From: a virus
Taxonomy: Duplodnaviria; Heunggongvirae; Uroviricota; Caudoviricetes
Strand: one strand, 5' to 3'
Length of the DNA stretch: 24,259 bases
IMG/VR virus record: IMGVR_UViG_2671180603_000002
Both the position numbers and the translations under genes were made by a program. Within the stretch, counting starts at the first letter, position 1, and each line of letters opens with the position of its first letter. This document shows positions 1 through 11,651 of the stretch, piece by piece. The notes under the pieces were generated by a model that had not been told where the DNA came from, made no database searches, and saw only the letters and a list, made by a program, of their open reading frames with translations.

Positions 1-221
1 GCTTGTAATGGGTTAAGTGATAACAGATGTCTGGAAATATAGGGGCAAATCCAATCGTCGCCGTATTCCCGTATTAACAGAGACCGTAGCCCGACGGGGA
101 ACTCCTTCTGCGCGAGTGTGCGGGAATAATCAAAAACGATGCACACCGGGGTTACCGGGTACACATATTTCATCATGCCAGCGAGTCCGGTTCTGGCACG
201 GAAGAAACCGGACGTTATGAT

Positions 222-632
222 TTAGTGCGGAAATATTTGTGTAGTGTTCTGTATGTTCTCAGTAAAGAGTAATGAATTATCAAAGGTATAGTAATACCTT
301 TTGTTTTCGTGGATATTTGTAATCCATCTGAAAACCCCTGCTGTAGCAAGATTTTTCCTGTATTCGTAAAATGATAACTCTCCTGATTTGAATCCTTTTA
401 AGGTGGCTTCTATAAGGCATTTATTTTTTGAAAATCTTACATTTACAACCTTACCCTGTCCTTTTATTAAAACCGTATTATCGTTTTCAAGAACAAGATG
501 AATATTCTCTGTGGCTAAATAGTAAATGTAATGTGAGACATTGTGACGTTTTAGTTCAGAATAAAACCAGTGATAGTTTAAATTATTTCGCACTTTATCG
601 AATATTTGTTTAAAAATGGCAACCTGAGCCAT
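222..632 (-). CDS. Conserved lambdoid right-arm accessory protein (homolog of the lambda ORF between bor and cos; possibly DUF1398/YbcV-like)
   Basis: Minus-strand ORF 222..647; the likely start is the second Met ([14 protein letters not shown]...) at 632, with GGAAGG 8 nt upstream. AT-rich and non-overlapping. Matches, from memory, a lambda protein beginning [14 protein letters not shown]. The family assignment is uncertain. Confidence 0.7.
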   Translation of the reverse strand: MAQVAIFKQIFDKVRNNLNYHWFYSELKRHNVSHYIYYLATENIHLVLENDNTVLIKGQGKVVNVRFSKNKCLIEATLKGFKSGELSFYEYRKNLATAGVFRWITNIHENKRYYYTFDNSLLFTENIQNTTQIFPH

Positions 633-689
633 TGTAGTACCTTCCATGTGATATGAGGGGGCGTAGTCTGCACGATTATCTAAATTGCT

Positions 690-923
690 TCAATCTGGTC
701 TAACCTGTTTTCTGAGCAATTCAGTAATGTCACTCTTTTCTTTGTTTGCTTCAGGCGAAACTCTTTTTTCTGAGCACAGTCTCCGGCGGCAGGCTTCAAT
801 GACCCAGGCTGAGAAATTCCCGGACCCTTTTTGAACAAGAGCGATGTTAATTTGTTCAATCATTTGGTTAGGAAAGCGGATGTTGCGGGTTGTTGTTCTG
901 CGGGTTCTGTTCTTCGTTGACAT
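690..923 (-). CDS. Small basic protein adjacent to cos, possible ribbon-helix-helix DNA-binding protein
   Basis: 77-aa minus-strand ORF (MSTKNRTRRTTTRNIRFPNQMIEQINIALVQKGSGNFSAWVIEACRRRL...). The same ORF lies about 200 bp inside the right end of phage lambda as I remember it. The strand-helix-helix pattern (IRFPNQMIEQI / FSAWVIEACRRRL) is a guess at the fold. Confidence 0.5.
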   Translation of the reverse strand: MSTKNRTRRTTTRNIRFPNQMIEQINIALVQKGSGNFSAWVIEACRRRLCSEKRVSPEANKEKSDITELLRKQVRPD

Positions 924-1071
924 GAGGTTGCCCTGTATTCAGTGTCGCTGATTTGTATTGTCTGAAGTTGTTTTTACGTTAAGTTGATGCAGATCAATTA
1001 ATACGATACCTGCGTCATAATTGATTATTTGACGTGGTTTGATGGCGTAGATGCACGTTGTGACATGTAGA

Positions 1072-1086
1072 TGATAATTATTATCA
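1072..1086. repeat. Inverted repeat TGATAAT-T-ATTATCA about 35 bp upstream of cosN (cosQ-side element)
   Basis: Perfect 7-bp inverted repeat with a 1-bp spacer read directly from the sequence. It lies in the segment that corresponds to the lambda right terminus. Confidence 0.4.
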
Positions 1087-1110
1087 TTTTGCGGGTCCTT
1101 TCCGGCGATC

Positions 1111-1134
1111 CGACAGGTTACGGGGCGGAAGGCG
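1111..1134. other. cosN: cosN, the terminase nicking site, with a predicted 12-nt cohesive end GGGCGGAAGGCG at 1123..1134
   Basis: The sequence ...TCCGGCGATCCGACAGGTTACG|GGGCGGAAGGCG|CGCGGGTTTTCGCTATTTATGA aligns with the lambda right terminus (...CGACAGGTTACG) joined to the lambda left terminus (GGGCGGCGACCT CGCGGGTTTTCGC...). Four of the 12 cohesive-end positions differ from lambda. Confidence 0.75.
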
Positions 1135-1169
1135 CGCGGGTTTTCGCTATTTATGACAATTTTCCGGTT

Positions 1170-1295
1170 TAAGGCGTTTCCGTTCTTCTTCGCCGTAACC
1201 TAATGTTTTTATTTAAAACACCCCCTGAAAAGAAAGGAAACGACAGGTGCTGAAAACGGGCTTTTTGGCCTCTGTCGTTTCCTTTCTCTGTTTTT
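1170..1295. promoter_or_regulatory. cosB: cosB terminase-binding region: R3 (1175-1192), AT-rich IHF-like I1 (~1201-1220), R2 (1236-1246), R1 (1272-1282)
   Basis: R3 is CGTTTCCGTTCTTCTTCG. R2 (GGAAACGACAG) and R1 (CTGTCGTTTCC) are exact reverse complements of each other. Position is between cosN and the Nu1 start, as in lambda. Confidence 0.7.
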
Positions 1296-1311
1296 GTCCG
1301 TGGAATGAACA

Positions 1312-1831
1312 ATGGAAGTCAACAAAAAGCAGCTGGCTGACATTTTCGGTGCGAGTATCCGTACCATTCAGAACTGGCAGGAACAGGGAATGCCCGTTCT
1401 GCGAGGCGGTGGCAAGGGTAATGAGGTGCTTTATGACTCTGCCGCCGTTATAAGATGGTATGCCGAAAGGGATGCTGAAATTGAGAACGAAAAGCTGCGC
1501 CGGGAAGTTGAAGAACTGCGGCAGGCCAGCGAGACAGATCTCCAGCCAGGGACTATTGAGTACGAACGCCATCGACTTACGCGTGCGCAGGCCGACGCAC
1601 AGGAGCTGAAAAATGCCAGAGACTCCGCTGAAGTGGTGGAAACCGCATTCTGTACTTTCGTGCTGTCGCGGATCGCAGGTGAAATTGCCAGTATTCTCGA
1701 CGGGATCCCCCTGTCGGTGCAGCGGCGTTTTCCGGAACTGGAAAACCGACATGTTGATTTCCTGAAACGGGATATCATCAAAGCCATGAACAAAGCAGCC
1801 GCGCTGGATGAACTGATACCGGGGTTGCTGA

Positions 1832-1857
<26 letters not shown>
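1312..1857 (+). CDS. nu1: Terminase small subunit Nu1
   Basis: 181 aa, MEVNKKQLADIFGASIRTIQNWQEQGMPV..., nearly identical to lambda gpNu1 (winged helix-turn-helix N-terminus). Begins immediately after cosB. Confidence 0.95.
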
Positions 1858-5538
<3,681 letters not shown>

Positions 5539-5558
<20 letters not shown>

Positions 5559-5832
5559 TCTCCCGCATATTGCCAGCATGGCTTTTAATGAGCCGCTGAT
5601 GCTTGAACCCGCCTATGCGCGGGTTTTCTTTTGTGCGCTTGCAGGCCAGCTTGGGATCAGCTGCCTGACGGATGCAGTATCCGGCGACAGCCTGACTGCC
5701 GGAGAGGCACCCGCGGCGCTGGCGTTATCCGGTGATGATGACGGACCACGACAGGCCCGCAGTTATCAGGTAATGAACGGCATCGCCGTGCTGCCGGTGT
5801 CCGGCACGCTGGTCAGCCGTACTCGGGGATGA
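5539..5832 (+). CDS. C: Head maturation protease C, 5' fragment (96 native codons, then a frameshift and stop)
   Basis: GTG start at 5539 preceded by GAGGAGGAG; it overlaps the B 3' end by 20 nt as in lambda. MTAELRNLPHIASMAFNEPLMLEPAYARVFF... matches lambda gpC up to ...VSGTLVSRTR, then leaves the frame and stops at 5830-5832. Confidence 0.7.
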
Positions 5833-6839
5833 CCGGTTACAACGGCATTATCGCCCGTCTGCAACAGGCTGCCAGCGACCCGATGGTGGACGGCATTCTG
5901 CTCGATATGGACACACCGGGCGGAATGGTGGCGGGAGCATTTGACTGCGCTGACATCATCGCCCGTGTGCGTGACATAAAGCCGGTATGGGCGCTGGCCA
6001 ATGACATGAACTGCAGCGCAGGTCAGCTGCTTGCCAGTGCCGCCTCCCGGCGTCTGGTCACGCAGACCGCCCGGACAGGCTCCATCGGCGTCATGATGGC
6101 TCACAGTAATTACGGCGCTGCACTGGAGAAACAGGGCGTGGAAATCACGCTGATTTACAGCGGCAGCCATAAGGTGGATGGCAACCCCTACAGCCATCTA
6201 CCGGATGATGTCCGGGAAACATTGCAGTCCCGGATGGATGCAACCCGCCGGATGTTTGCACAGAAGGTGTCGGCATATACCGGCCTGTCCGTGCAGGCTG
6301 TGCTGGATACCGAGGCTGCAGTGTACAGCGGTCAGGAGGCCATTGATGCCGGACTGGCTGATGAACTTGTTAACAGTACCGATGCGATCACCGTCATGCG
6401 TGATGCACTGGATGCACGTAAATCCCGTCTCTCAGGAGGGCGAATGACCAAAGAGACTCAATCAACAACTGTTTCAGCCACTGCTTCGCAGGCTGACGTT
6501 ACTGGCGTGGTGCAAGCGACGGAGGGCGAGAACGCCAGCGCGGCGCAGCCGGACGTGAACGCGCAGATCACCGCAGCGGTTGCGGCAGAAAACAGTCGCA
6601 TTATGGGGATCCTCAACTGTGAGGAGGCTCACGGACGCGAAGAACAGGCACGCGTGCTGGCCGAAACCCCCGGTATGACCGTGGAAACGGCCCGCCGTAT
6701 TCTGGCCGCAGCACCACAGAGTGCACAGACGCGCAGTGACACTGCGCTGGATCGTCTGATGCAGGGGGCACCGGCACCGCTGGCTGCAGGTAACCCGGCA
6801 TCTGATGCCGTTAACGATTTGCTGAACACACCAGTGTAA
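5829..6839 (+). CDS. C: Head maturation protease C, 3' portion (S49/ClpP-like peptidase domain plus the Nu3 scaffold region), in a different frame from the 5' fragment
   Basis: 336-aa ORF MTGYNGIIARLQQAASDPMVDGILLDMDTPGG... matching lambda gpC from about residue 104 to the C-terminus (...NDLLNTPV). Its ATG overlaps the upstream stop (ATGA). Confidence 0.8.
   Translation: MTGYNGIIARLQQAASDPMVDGILLDMDTPGGMVAGAFDCADIIARVRDIKPVWALANDMNCSAGQLLASAASRRLVTQTARTGSIGVMMAHSNYGAALEKQGVEITLIYSGSHKVDGNPYSHLPDDVRETLQSRMDATRRMFAQKVSAYTGLSVQAVLDTEAAVYSGQEAIDAGLADELVNSTDAITVMRDALDARKSRLSGGRMTKETQSTTVSATASQADVTGVVQATEGENASAAQPDVNAQITAAVAAENSRIMGILNCEEAHGREEQARVLAETPGMTVETARRILAAAPQSAQTRSDTALDRLMQGAPAPLAAGNPASDAVNDLLNTPV
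6234..6839 (+). CDS. nu3: Scaffolding protein Nu3, from an internal in-frame start within C
   Basis: An in-frame ATG at 6234 (MDATRRMFAQKV...) lies 606 nt before the C stop, which reproduces the lambda Nu3/C geometry (201 codons). Assigned by position. Confidence 0.55.
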   Translation: MDATRRMFAQKVSAYTGLSVQAVLDTEAAVYSGQEAIDAGLADELVNSTDAITVMRDALDARKSRLSGGRMTKETQSTTVSATASQADVTGVVQATEGENASAAQPDVNAQITAAVAAENSRIMGILNCEEAHGREEQARVLAETPGMTVETARRILAAAPQSAQTRSDTALDRLMQGAPAPLAAGNPASDAVNDLLNTPV

Positions 6840-6848
6840 GGGATGTTT

Positions 6849-7181
6849 ATGACGAGCAAAGAAACCTTTACCCATTACCAGCCGCTGGGCAATAGTGACC
6901 CGGCTCATACCGCAACCGCGCCCGGCGGATTGAGTGCGAAAGCGCCTGCAATGACCCCGCTGATGCTGGACACCTCCACCCGTAAGCTGGTTGCGTGGGA
7001 TGGCACCACCGACGGTGCTGCCGTTGGCATTCTTGCGGTTGCTGCTGACCAGACCAGCACCACACTGACGTTCTACAAGTCCGGCACGTTCCGTTATGAG
7101 GATGTGCTCTGGCCGGAGGCTGCCAGCGACGAGACGAAAAAACGGACCGCGTTTGCCGGAACGGCAATCAGCATCGTTTAA
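6849..7181 (+). CDS. D: Head decoration protein D
   Basis: [27 protein letters not shown]...AISIV, 110 aa from the second ATG, matching lambda gpD. Confidence 0.95.
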   Translation: MTSKETFTHYQPLGNSDPAHTATAPGGLSAKAPAMTPLMLDTSTRKLVAWDGTTDGAAVGILAVAADQTSTTLTFYKSGTFRYEDVLWPEAASDETKKRTAFAGTAISIV

Positions 7182-7198
7182 CTTTACCCTTCATCACT

Positions 7199-7226
7199 AA
7201 AGGCCGCCTGTGCGGCTTTTTTTACG
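7199..7226 (+). terminator. Stem-loop plus T-run between D and E (intrinsic-terminator-like; possible attenuator or mRNA-stability element)
   Basis: AAAGGCCGC-CTGT-GCGGCTTTTTTT: a 5-bp GC stem (7203-7207 pairing with 7212-7216) extended by A/T pairs and followed by a T tract. It sits 18 nt after the D stop. Confidence 0.4.
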
Positions 7227-7236
7227 GGATTTTTTT

Positions 7237-8262
7237 ATGTCGATGTACACAACCGCCCAGCTGCTGGCGGCAAATGAGCAGAAATTTAAGTTTGATCCGC
7301 TGTTTCTGCGTCTCTTTTTCCGTGAGAGCTATCCCTTCACTACGGAGAAAGTCTATCTCTCACAAATTCCGGGACTGGTAAACATGGCGCTGTACGTTTC
7401 GCCGATTGTTTCCGGTGAGGTTATCCGTTCCCGTGGCGGCTCCACCTCTGAATTTACGCCGGGATATGTCAAACCCAAGCATGAGGTGAATCCGCAGATG
7501 ACCCTGCGTCGCCTGCCGGATGAAGATCCGCAGAATCTGGCGGACCCGGCTTACCGCCGCCGTCGCATCATCATGCAGAACATGCGTGACGAAGAGCTGG
7601 CCATTGCTCAGGTCGAAGAGATGCAGGCAGTTTCTGCCGTGCTCAAGGGCAAATACACCATGACCGGTGAAGCCTTCGATCCGGTTGAGGTGGATATGGG
7701 CCGCAGTGCGGCGAACAACATCACACAGTCCGGCGTCACGGAGTGGAGCAAGCGTGACAAGTCCACGTATGACCCGACCGACGATATCGAAGCCTACGCG
7801 CTGAACGCCAGCGGTGTGGTGAATATCATCGTGTTTGACCCGAAAGGCTGGGCGCTGTTCCGTTCCTTCAAAGCCGTCAAGGAGAAGCTGGATACCCGTC
7901 GCGGCTCTCATTCCGAGCTGGAGACAGCGGTAAAAGACCTGGGCAAAGCGGTGTCCTATAAGGGAATGTATGGCGATGTGGCCATCGTCGTGTATTCCGG
8001 ACAGTACGTGGAAAACGGCGTCAAAAAGAACTTCCTGCCGGACAACACGATGGTGCTGGGGAACACTCAGGCTCGCGGTCTGCGCACCTATGGCTGCATT
8101 CAGGATGCGGACGCACAGCGCGAAGGCATTAACGCCTCTGCCCGTTACCCGAAAAACTGGGTGACCACCGGCGATCCGGCGCGTGAGTTCACCATGATTC
8201 AGTCAGCACCGCTGATGCTGCTGGCTGATCCTGATGAGTTCGTGTCCGTTCAACTGGCGTAA
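7237..8262 (+). CDS. E: Major capsid protein E
   Basis: MSMYTTAQLLAANEQKFKFDPLFLRLFF...FVSVQLA, 341 aa, matching lambda gpE. Start chosen at the ATG at 7237 by homology. Confidence 0.97.
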   Translation: MSMYTTAQLLAANEQKFKFDPLFLRLFFRESYPFTTEKVYLSQIPGLVNMALYVSPIVSGEVIRSRGGSTSEFTPGYVKPKHEVNPQMTLRRLPDEDPQNLADPAYRRRRIIMQNMRDEELAIAQVEEMQAVSAVLKGKYTMTGEAFDPVEVDMGRSAANNITQSGVTEWSKRDKSTYDPTDDIEAYALNASGVVNIIVFDPKGWALFRSFKAVKEKLDTRRGSHSELETAVKDLGKAVSYKGMYGDVAIVVYSGQYVENGVKKNFLPDNTMVLGNTQARGLRTYGCIQDADAQREGINASARYPKNWVTTGDPAREFTMIQSAPLMLLADPDEFVSVQLA

Positions 8263-8303
8263 TCATGGCCCTTCGGGGCCATTTTCTCTCTGTGGAGGAG
8301 TTC

Positions 8304-8702
8304 ATGACGAAAGATGAACTGATTGCCCGTCTTCAGGAGCTGGGTGAGCAATTGAACCGCGATGTCAGTTTGACGGGAACGAAAGAAGAACTGGCGCTTC
8401 GTGTGGCAGAGCTGGAAGAAGAGCTTGATGACACGGATGAAACTGCCGGTCAGGACACCCCTCTCAGCCGGGAAAATGTGCTGACCGGGCATGAAAATGA
8501 GGTGGTATCAGCGCAGCCGGATACCGTGATTCAGGATACGGCTGAACTGGTCACGGTCGTGGCACTGGTGACGCTGCATACTGATGCACTTCACGCCACG
8601 CGGGATAAACCTGTGGCATTTGTGCTGCCGGGAACGGCGTTTCGTGTCTCTGCCGGTGTGGCAGCCGAAATGACAGAGCGCGGCCTGGCCAGAATGCAAT
8701 AA
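8304..8702 (+). CDS. FI: DNA-packaging / head assembly protein FI
   Basis: MTKDELIARLQELGEQLNRDVSLTGTKEELALRVAELEEE...RGLARMQ, 132 aa. GGAGGAG RBS upstream of the ATG at 8304. Confidence 0.9.
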   Translation: MTKDELIARLQELGEQLNRDVSLTGTKEELALRVAELEEELDDTDETAGQDTPLSRENVLTGHENEVVSAQPDTVIQDTAELVTVVALVTLHTDALHATRDKPVAFVLPGTAFRVSAGVAAEMTERGLARMQ

Positions 8703-8713
8703 CGGGAGGCGCT

Positions 8714-9067
8714 GTGGCTGATTTCGATAACCTGTTCGATGCTGCCATTGCCCGCGCCGATGAAACGATACGCGGGTACATGGGAACGTCAGCCACCATG
8801 ACATCCGGTGAGCAGTCAGGTGCGGTGATACGTGGTGTTTTTGATGACCCTGAAAATATCAGCTATGCCGGACAGGGCGTGCGCGTTGAAGGCTCCAGCC
8901 CGTCCCTGTTTGTCCGGACTGATGAGGTGCGGCAGCTGCGGCGTGGAGACACGCTGACCATCGGTGAGGAAAATTTCTGGGTAGATCGGGTTTCGCCGGA
9001 TGATGGCGGAAGTTGTCATCTCTGGCTTGGACGGGGCGTACCGCCTGCCGTTAACCGTCGCCGCTGA
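8714..9067 (+). CDS. FII: Head-tail connector protein FII
   Basis: GTG start; MADFDNLFDAAIARADETIRGYMG...AVNRRR, 117 aa, matching lambda gpFII. Confidence 0.9.
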   Translation: MADFDNLFDAAIARADETIRGYMGTSATMTSGEQSGAVIRGVFDDPENISYAGQGVRVEGSSPSLFVRTDEVRQLRRGDTLTIGEENFWVDRVSPDDGGSCHLWLGRGVPPAVNRRR

Positions 9068-9078
9068 AAGGGGGATGT

Positions 9079-9657
9079 ATGGCCATAAAAGGTCTTGAGC
9101 AGGCCGTTGAAAACCTCAGCCGTATCAGCAAAACGGCGGTGCCCGGTGCCGCCGCAATGGCCATTAACCGCGTTGCTTCATCCGCGATATCGCAGTCTGC
9201 GTCACAGGTTGCCCGTGAGACAAAGGTACGCCGGAAACTGGTAAAGGAAAGGGCCAGGCTGAAAAGGGCCACGGTCAAAAATCCGCAGGCCAGAATCAAA
9301 GTTAACCGGGGGGATTTGCCCGTAATCAAGCTGGGTAATGCGCGGGTTGTCCTGTCCCGCCGCAGGCGTCATAAAAAGGGGCAGCGTTCATCCCTGAAAG
9401 GTGGCGGCAGCGTGCTTGTGGTGGGTAACCGTCGTATTCCCGGCGCGTTTATTCAGCAACTGAAAAACGGCCGGTGGCATGTTATGCAGCGTGTGGCCGG
9501 GAAAAACCGTTACCCCATTGATGTGGTGAAAATCCCGATGGCGGTGCCGCTGACCACGGCGTTTAAACAGAATATTGAACGGATACGGCGTGAACGTCTT
9601 CCGAAAGAGCTGGGCTATGCGCTGCAGCATCAACTGAGAATGGTAATAAAGCGATGA
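9079..9657 (+). CDS. Z: Tail completion protein Z
   Basis: 192 aa, MAIKGLEQAVENLSRISKTAVPGAAAMAINRVASS..., matching lambda gpZ. Confidence 0.92.
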   Translation: MAIKGLEQAVENLSRISKTAVPGAAAMAINRVASSAISQSASQVARETKVRRKLVKERARLKRATVKNPQARIKVNRGDLPVIKLGNARVVLSRRRRHKKGQRSSLKGGGSVLVVGNRRIPGAFIQQLKNGRWHVMQRVAGKNRYPIDVVKIPMAVPLTTAFKQNIERIRRERLPKELGYALQHQLRMVIKR

Positions 9658-10049
9658 AACATACTGAACTCCGTGCAGCCGTACTGGATGCACTGGAGAA
9701 GCATGACACCGGGGCGACGCTTTTTGATGGTCGCCCCGCTGTTTTTGATGAGGAAGATTTTCCGGCAATTGCCGTTTATCTCACCGGCGCTGAATACACG
9801 GGCGAAGAGCTGGACAGCGATACCTGGCAGGCGGAGCTGCATATTGAAGTTTTCCTGCCTGCTCAGGTGCCGGATTCAGAGCTGGATTCGTGGATGGAGT
9901 CCCGGATTTATCCGGTGATGAGCGATATCCCGGCACTGTCAGATTTGATCACCAGTATGGTGGCCAGCGGCTATGACTACCGGCGCGACGATGATGCGGG
10001 CCTGTGGAGTTCAGCCGATCTGACTTATGTCATTATCTATGAAATGTGA
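9654..10049 (+). CDS. U: Tail terminator protein U
   Basis: 131 aa, [43 protein letters not shown]..., matching lambda gpU. ATGA overlap with Z. Confidence 0.95.
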   Translation: MKHTELRAAVLDALEKHDTGATLFDGRPAVFDEEDFPAIAVYLTGAEYTGEELDSDTWQAELHIEVFLPAQVPDSELDSWMESRIYPVMSDIPALSDLITSMVASGYDYRRDDDAGLWSSADLTYVIIYEM

Positions 10050-10056
10050 GGACGCT

Positions 10057-10797
10057 ATGCCTGTACCAAATCCTACAATGCCGGTGAAAGGTGCCGGGAC
10101 CACCCTGTGGGTTTATAAGGGGAGCGGTGACCCTTATGCGAACCCGCTTTCAGACGTTGACTGGTCGCGTCTGGCAAAAGTTAAAGACCTGACGCCCGGC
10201 GAACTGACCGCTGAGTCCTATGACGACAGCTATCTCGATGATGAAGATGCAGACTGGACTGCGACCGGGCAGGGGCAGAAATCTGCCGGAGATACCAGCT
10301 TCACGCTGGCGTGGATGCCCGGAGAGCAGGGGCAGCAGGCGCTGCTGGCGTGGTTTAATGAAGGTGATACCCGTGCCTATAAAATCCGCTTCCCGAACGG
10401 CACGGTCGATGTGTTCCGTGGCTGGGTCAGCAGTATCGGTAAGGCGGTGACGGCGAAGGAGGTGATTACCCGCACGGTGAAGGTCACCAATGTGGGACGT
10501 CCGTCGATGGCAGAAGATCGCAGCACGGTGACGGCGACGACCGGCATGACGGTGACACCCGCCAGTGCTTCCGTAGTGAAAGGGCAGAGCACCACGCTGA
10601 CCGTGGCATTCCAGCCGGATGGCGCAACCGACAAGAGCTTCCGTGCGGTGTCTGCGGATAAAACAAAAGCCACCGTGTCGGTCAGTGGTATGACCATCAC
10701 CGTGAAAGGTGTTGCTGCAGGCAAGGTCAACATTCCGGTCGTATCTGGTAATGGTGAGTTTGCTGCGGTTGCAGAAATCAACGTCACCGCCAGTTAA
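10057..10797 (+). CDS. V: Major tail tube protein V, with a C-terminal Ig-like domain
   Basis: [22 protein letters not shown]..., 246 aa from the ATG at 10057. The Thr/Val-rich C-terminus is lambda-gpV-like. Confidence 0.95.
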   Translation: MPVPNPTMPVKGAGTTLWVYKGSGDPYANPLSDVDWSRLAKVKDLTPGELTAESYDDSYLDDEDADWTATGQGQKSAGDTSFTLAWMPGEQGQQALLAWFNEGDTRAYKIRFPNGTVDVFRGWVSSIGKAVTAKEVITRTVKVTNVGRPSMAEDRSTVTATTGMTVTPASASVVKGQSTTLTVAFQPDGATDKSFRAVSADKTKATVSVSGMTITVKGVAAGKVNIPVVSGNGEFAAVAEINVTAS

Positions 10798-10812
10798 TCC
10801 GGAGAGTCAGCG

Positions 10813-11235
10813 ATGTTCCTGAAAACCGAATCATTTGAACATAACGGTGTGACCGTCACGCTTTCTGAACTGTCAGCCCTGCAGCGTATTGAGCATCTCG
10901 ACCTGATGAAACGGCAGGCAGAACAGGCGGAGTCAGACAGCAACCGGAAGTTTACTGTGGAAGACGCCATCAGAACCGGCGCTTTTGTGGTTGCGATGTC
11001 CCTGTGGCATAACCATCCGAAGAAGACGCAGATGCCGTCCATGAATGAAGCCGTTAAACAGATTGAGCAGGAAGTGCTTACCACCTGGCCCACAGAGGCA
11101 ATTTCTCATGCTGAAAACGTGGTGTACCGGCTGTCCGGTATGTATGAGTTTGTGGTGAATGATGCTCCTGAACAGGCAGAGGACGCCGGGCCTGCAGAGC
11201 CTGTTTCTGCGGGAAAGTGTTCGACGGTGAGCTGA
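10813..11235 (+). CDS. G: Tail assembly chaperone G
   Basis: 140 aa, MFLKTESFEHNGVTVTLSELSALQRIEHLDLMKRQ..., matching lambda gpG. Confidence 0.92.
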   Translation: MFLKTESFEHNGVTVTLSELSALQRIEHLDLMKRQAEQAESDSNRKFTVEDAIRTGAFVVAMSLWHNHPKKTQMPSMNEAVKQIEQEVLTTWPTEAISHAENVVYRLSGMYEFVVNDAPEQAEDAGPAEPVSAGKCSTVS

Positions 11236-11651
11236 GTTTTGCCCTGAAACTGGCGCGTGAGATGGGGCGACCCGACTGGCGCGCCATGCTTGCCGGGATG
11301 TCATCCACGGAGTATGCCGACTGGCACCGCTTTTACAGTACCCATTATTTTCATGATGTTCTGCTGGATATGCACTTTTCCGGGCTGACGTACACCGTGC
11401 TCAGCCTGTTTTTCAGCGATCCGGAGATGCATCCGCTGGATTTCAGTCTGCTGAACCGGCGCGAGGCTGACGAAGAGCCTGAAGATGATGTGCTGATGCA
11501 GAAAGCGGCAGGGCTTGCCGGAGGTGTCCGCTTTGGCCCGGACGGGAATGAAGTTATCCCCGCTTCCCCGGATGTGGCGGACATGACGGAGGATGACGTA
11601 ATGCTGATGACAGTATCAGAAGGGATCGCAGGAGGAGTCCGGTATGGCTGA
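10813..11651 (+). CDS. GT: Tail assembly chaperone G-T fusion, made by a programmed -1 ribosomal frameshift
   Basis: The slippery heptamer G_GGA_AAG at 11211-11217 lies near the 3' end of G. The -1 frame then stays open to 11651 and encodes the gpT-like sequence (FDGELSFALKLAREMGRPDWRAMLAGMSSTEYADWHRFY...). Confidence 0.85.
11211..11217 (+). promoter_or_regulatory. Slippery site GGGAAAG for the G to G-T -1 frameshift
   Basis: Heptamer in the X_XXY_YYZ register relative to the G frame, at the conserved position 8 codons before the G stop. Confidence 0.8.

Noticed and set aside
17-220. 67-aa plus-strand ORF at the left edge
   Set aside because: No lambda-family homology and no convincing RBS. 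It lies in the intergenic region downstream (on the minus strand) of the DUF1398-like gene, whose lambda counterpart is non-coding. Probably spurious.
180-221. Possible terminator hairpin after the DUF1398-like gene (minus strand)
   Set aside because: Only a 7-bp stem (TCCGGTT/AACCGGA) with a 13-nt loop and no U-rich tail on the transcribed strand. Too weak to call.
924-1110. A promoter for the morphogenesis operon in the AT-rich region left of cos
   Set aside because: Lambdoid late genes are transcribed from the late promoter far upstream, through the lysis genes and across cos. I found no convincing -35/-10 pair, and the AT-richness is expected for the cosQ and IHF-binding region.
1213-1752. 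179-aa minus-strand ORF overlapping cosB and Nu1
   Set aside because: Antisense to the well-supported Nu1 gene and runs through the terminase-binding repeats. An artefact of an open frame on the opposite strand.
11217-11651. T as an independent gene starting at 11217
   Set aside because: The apparent start codon is the GTG inside the slippery region and has no RBS of its own. The established mechanism is expression only as a G-T fusion through the -1 frameshift.
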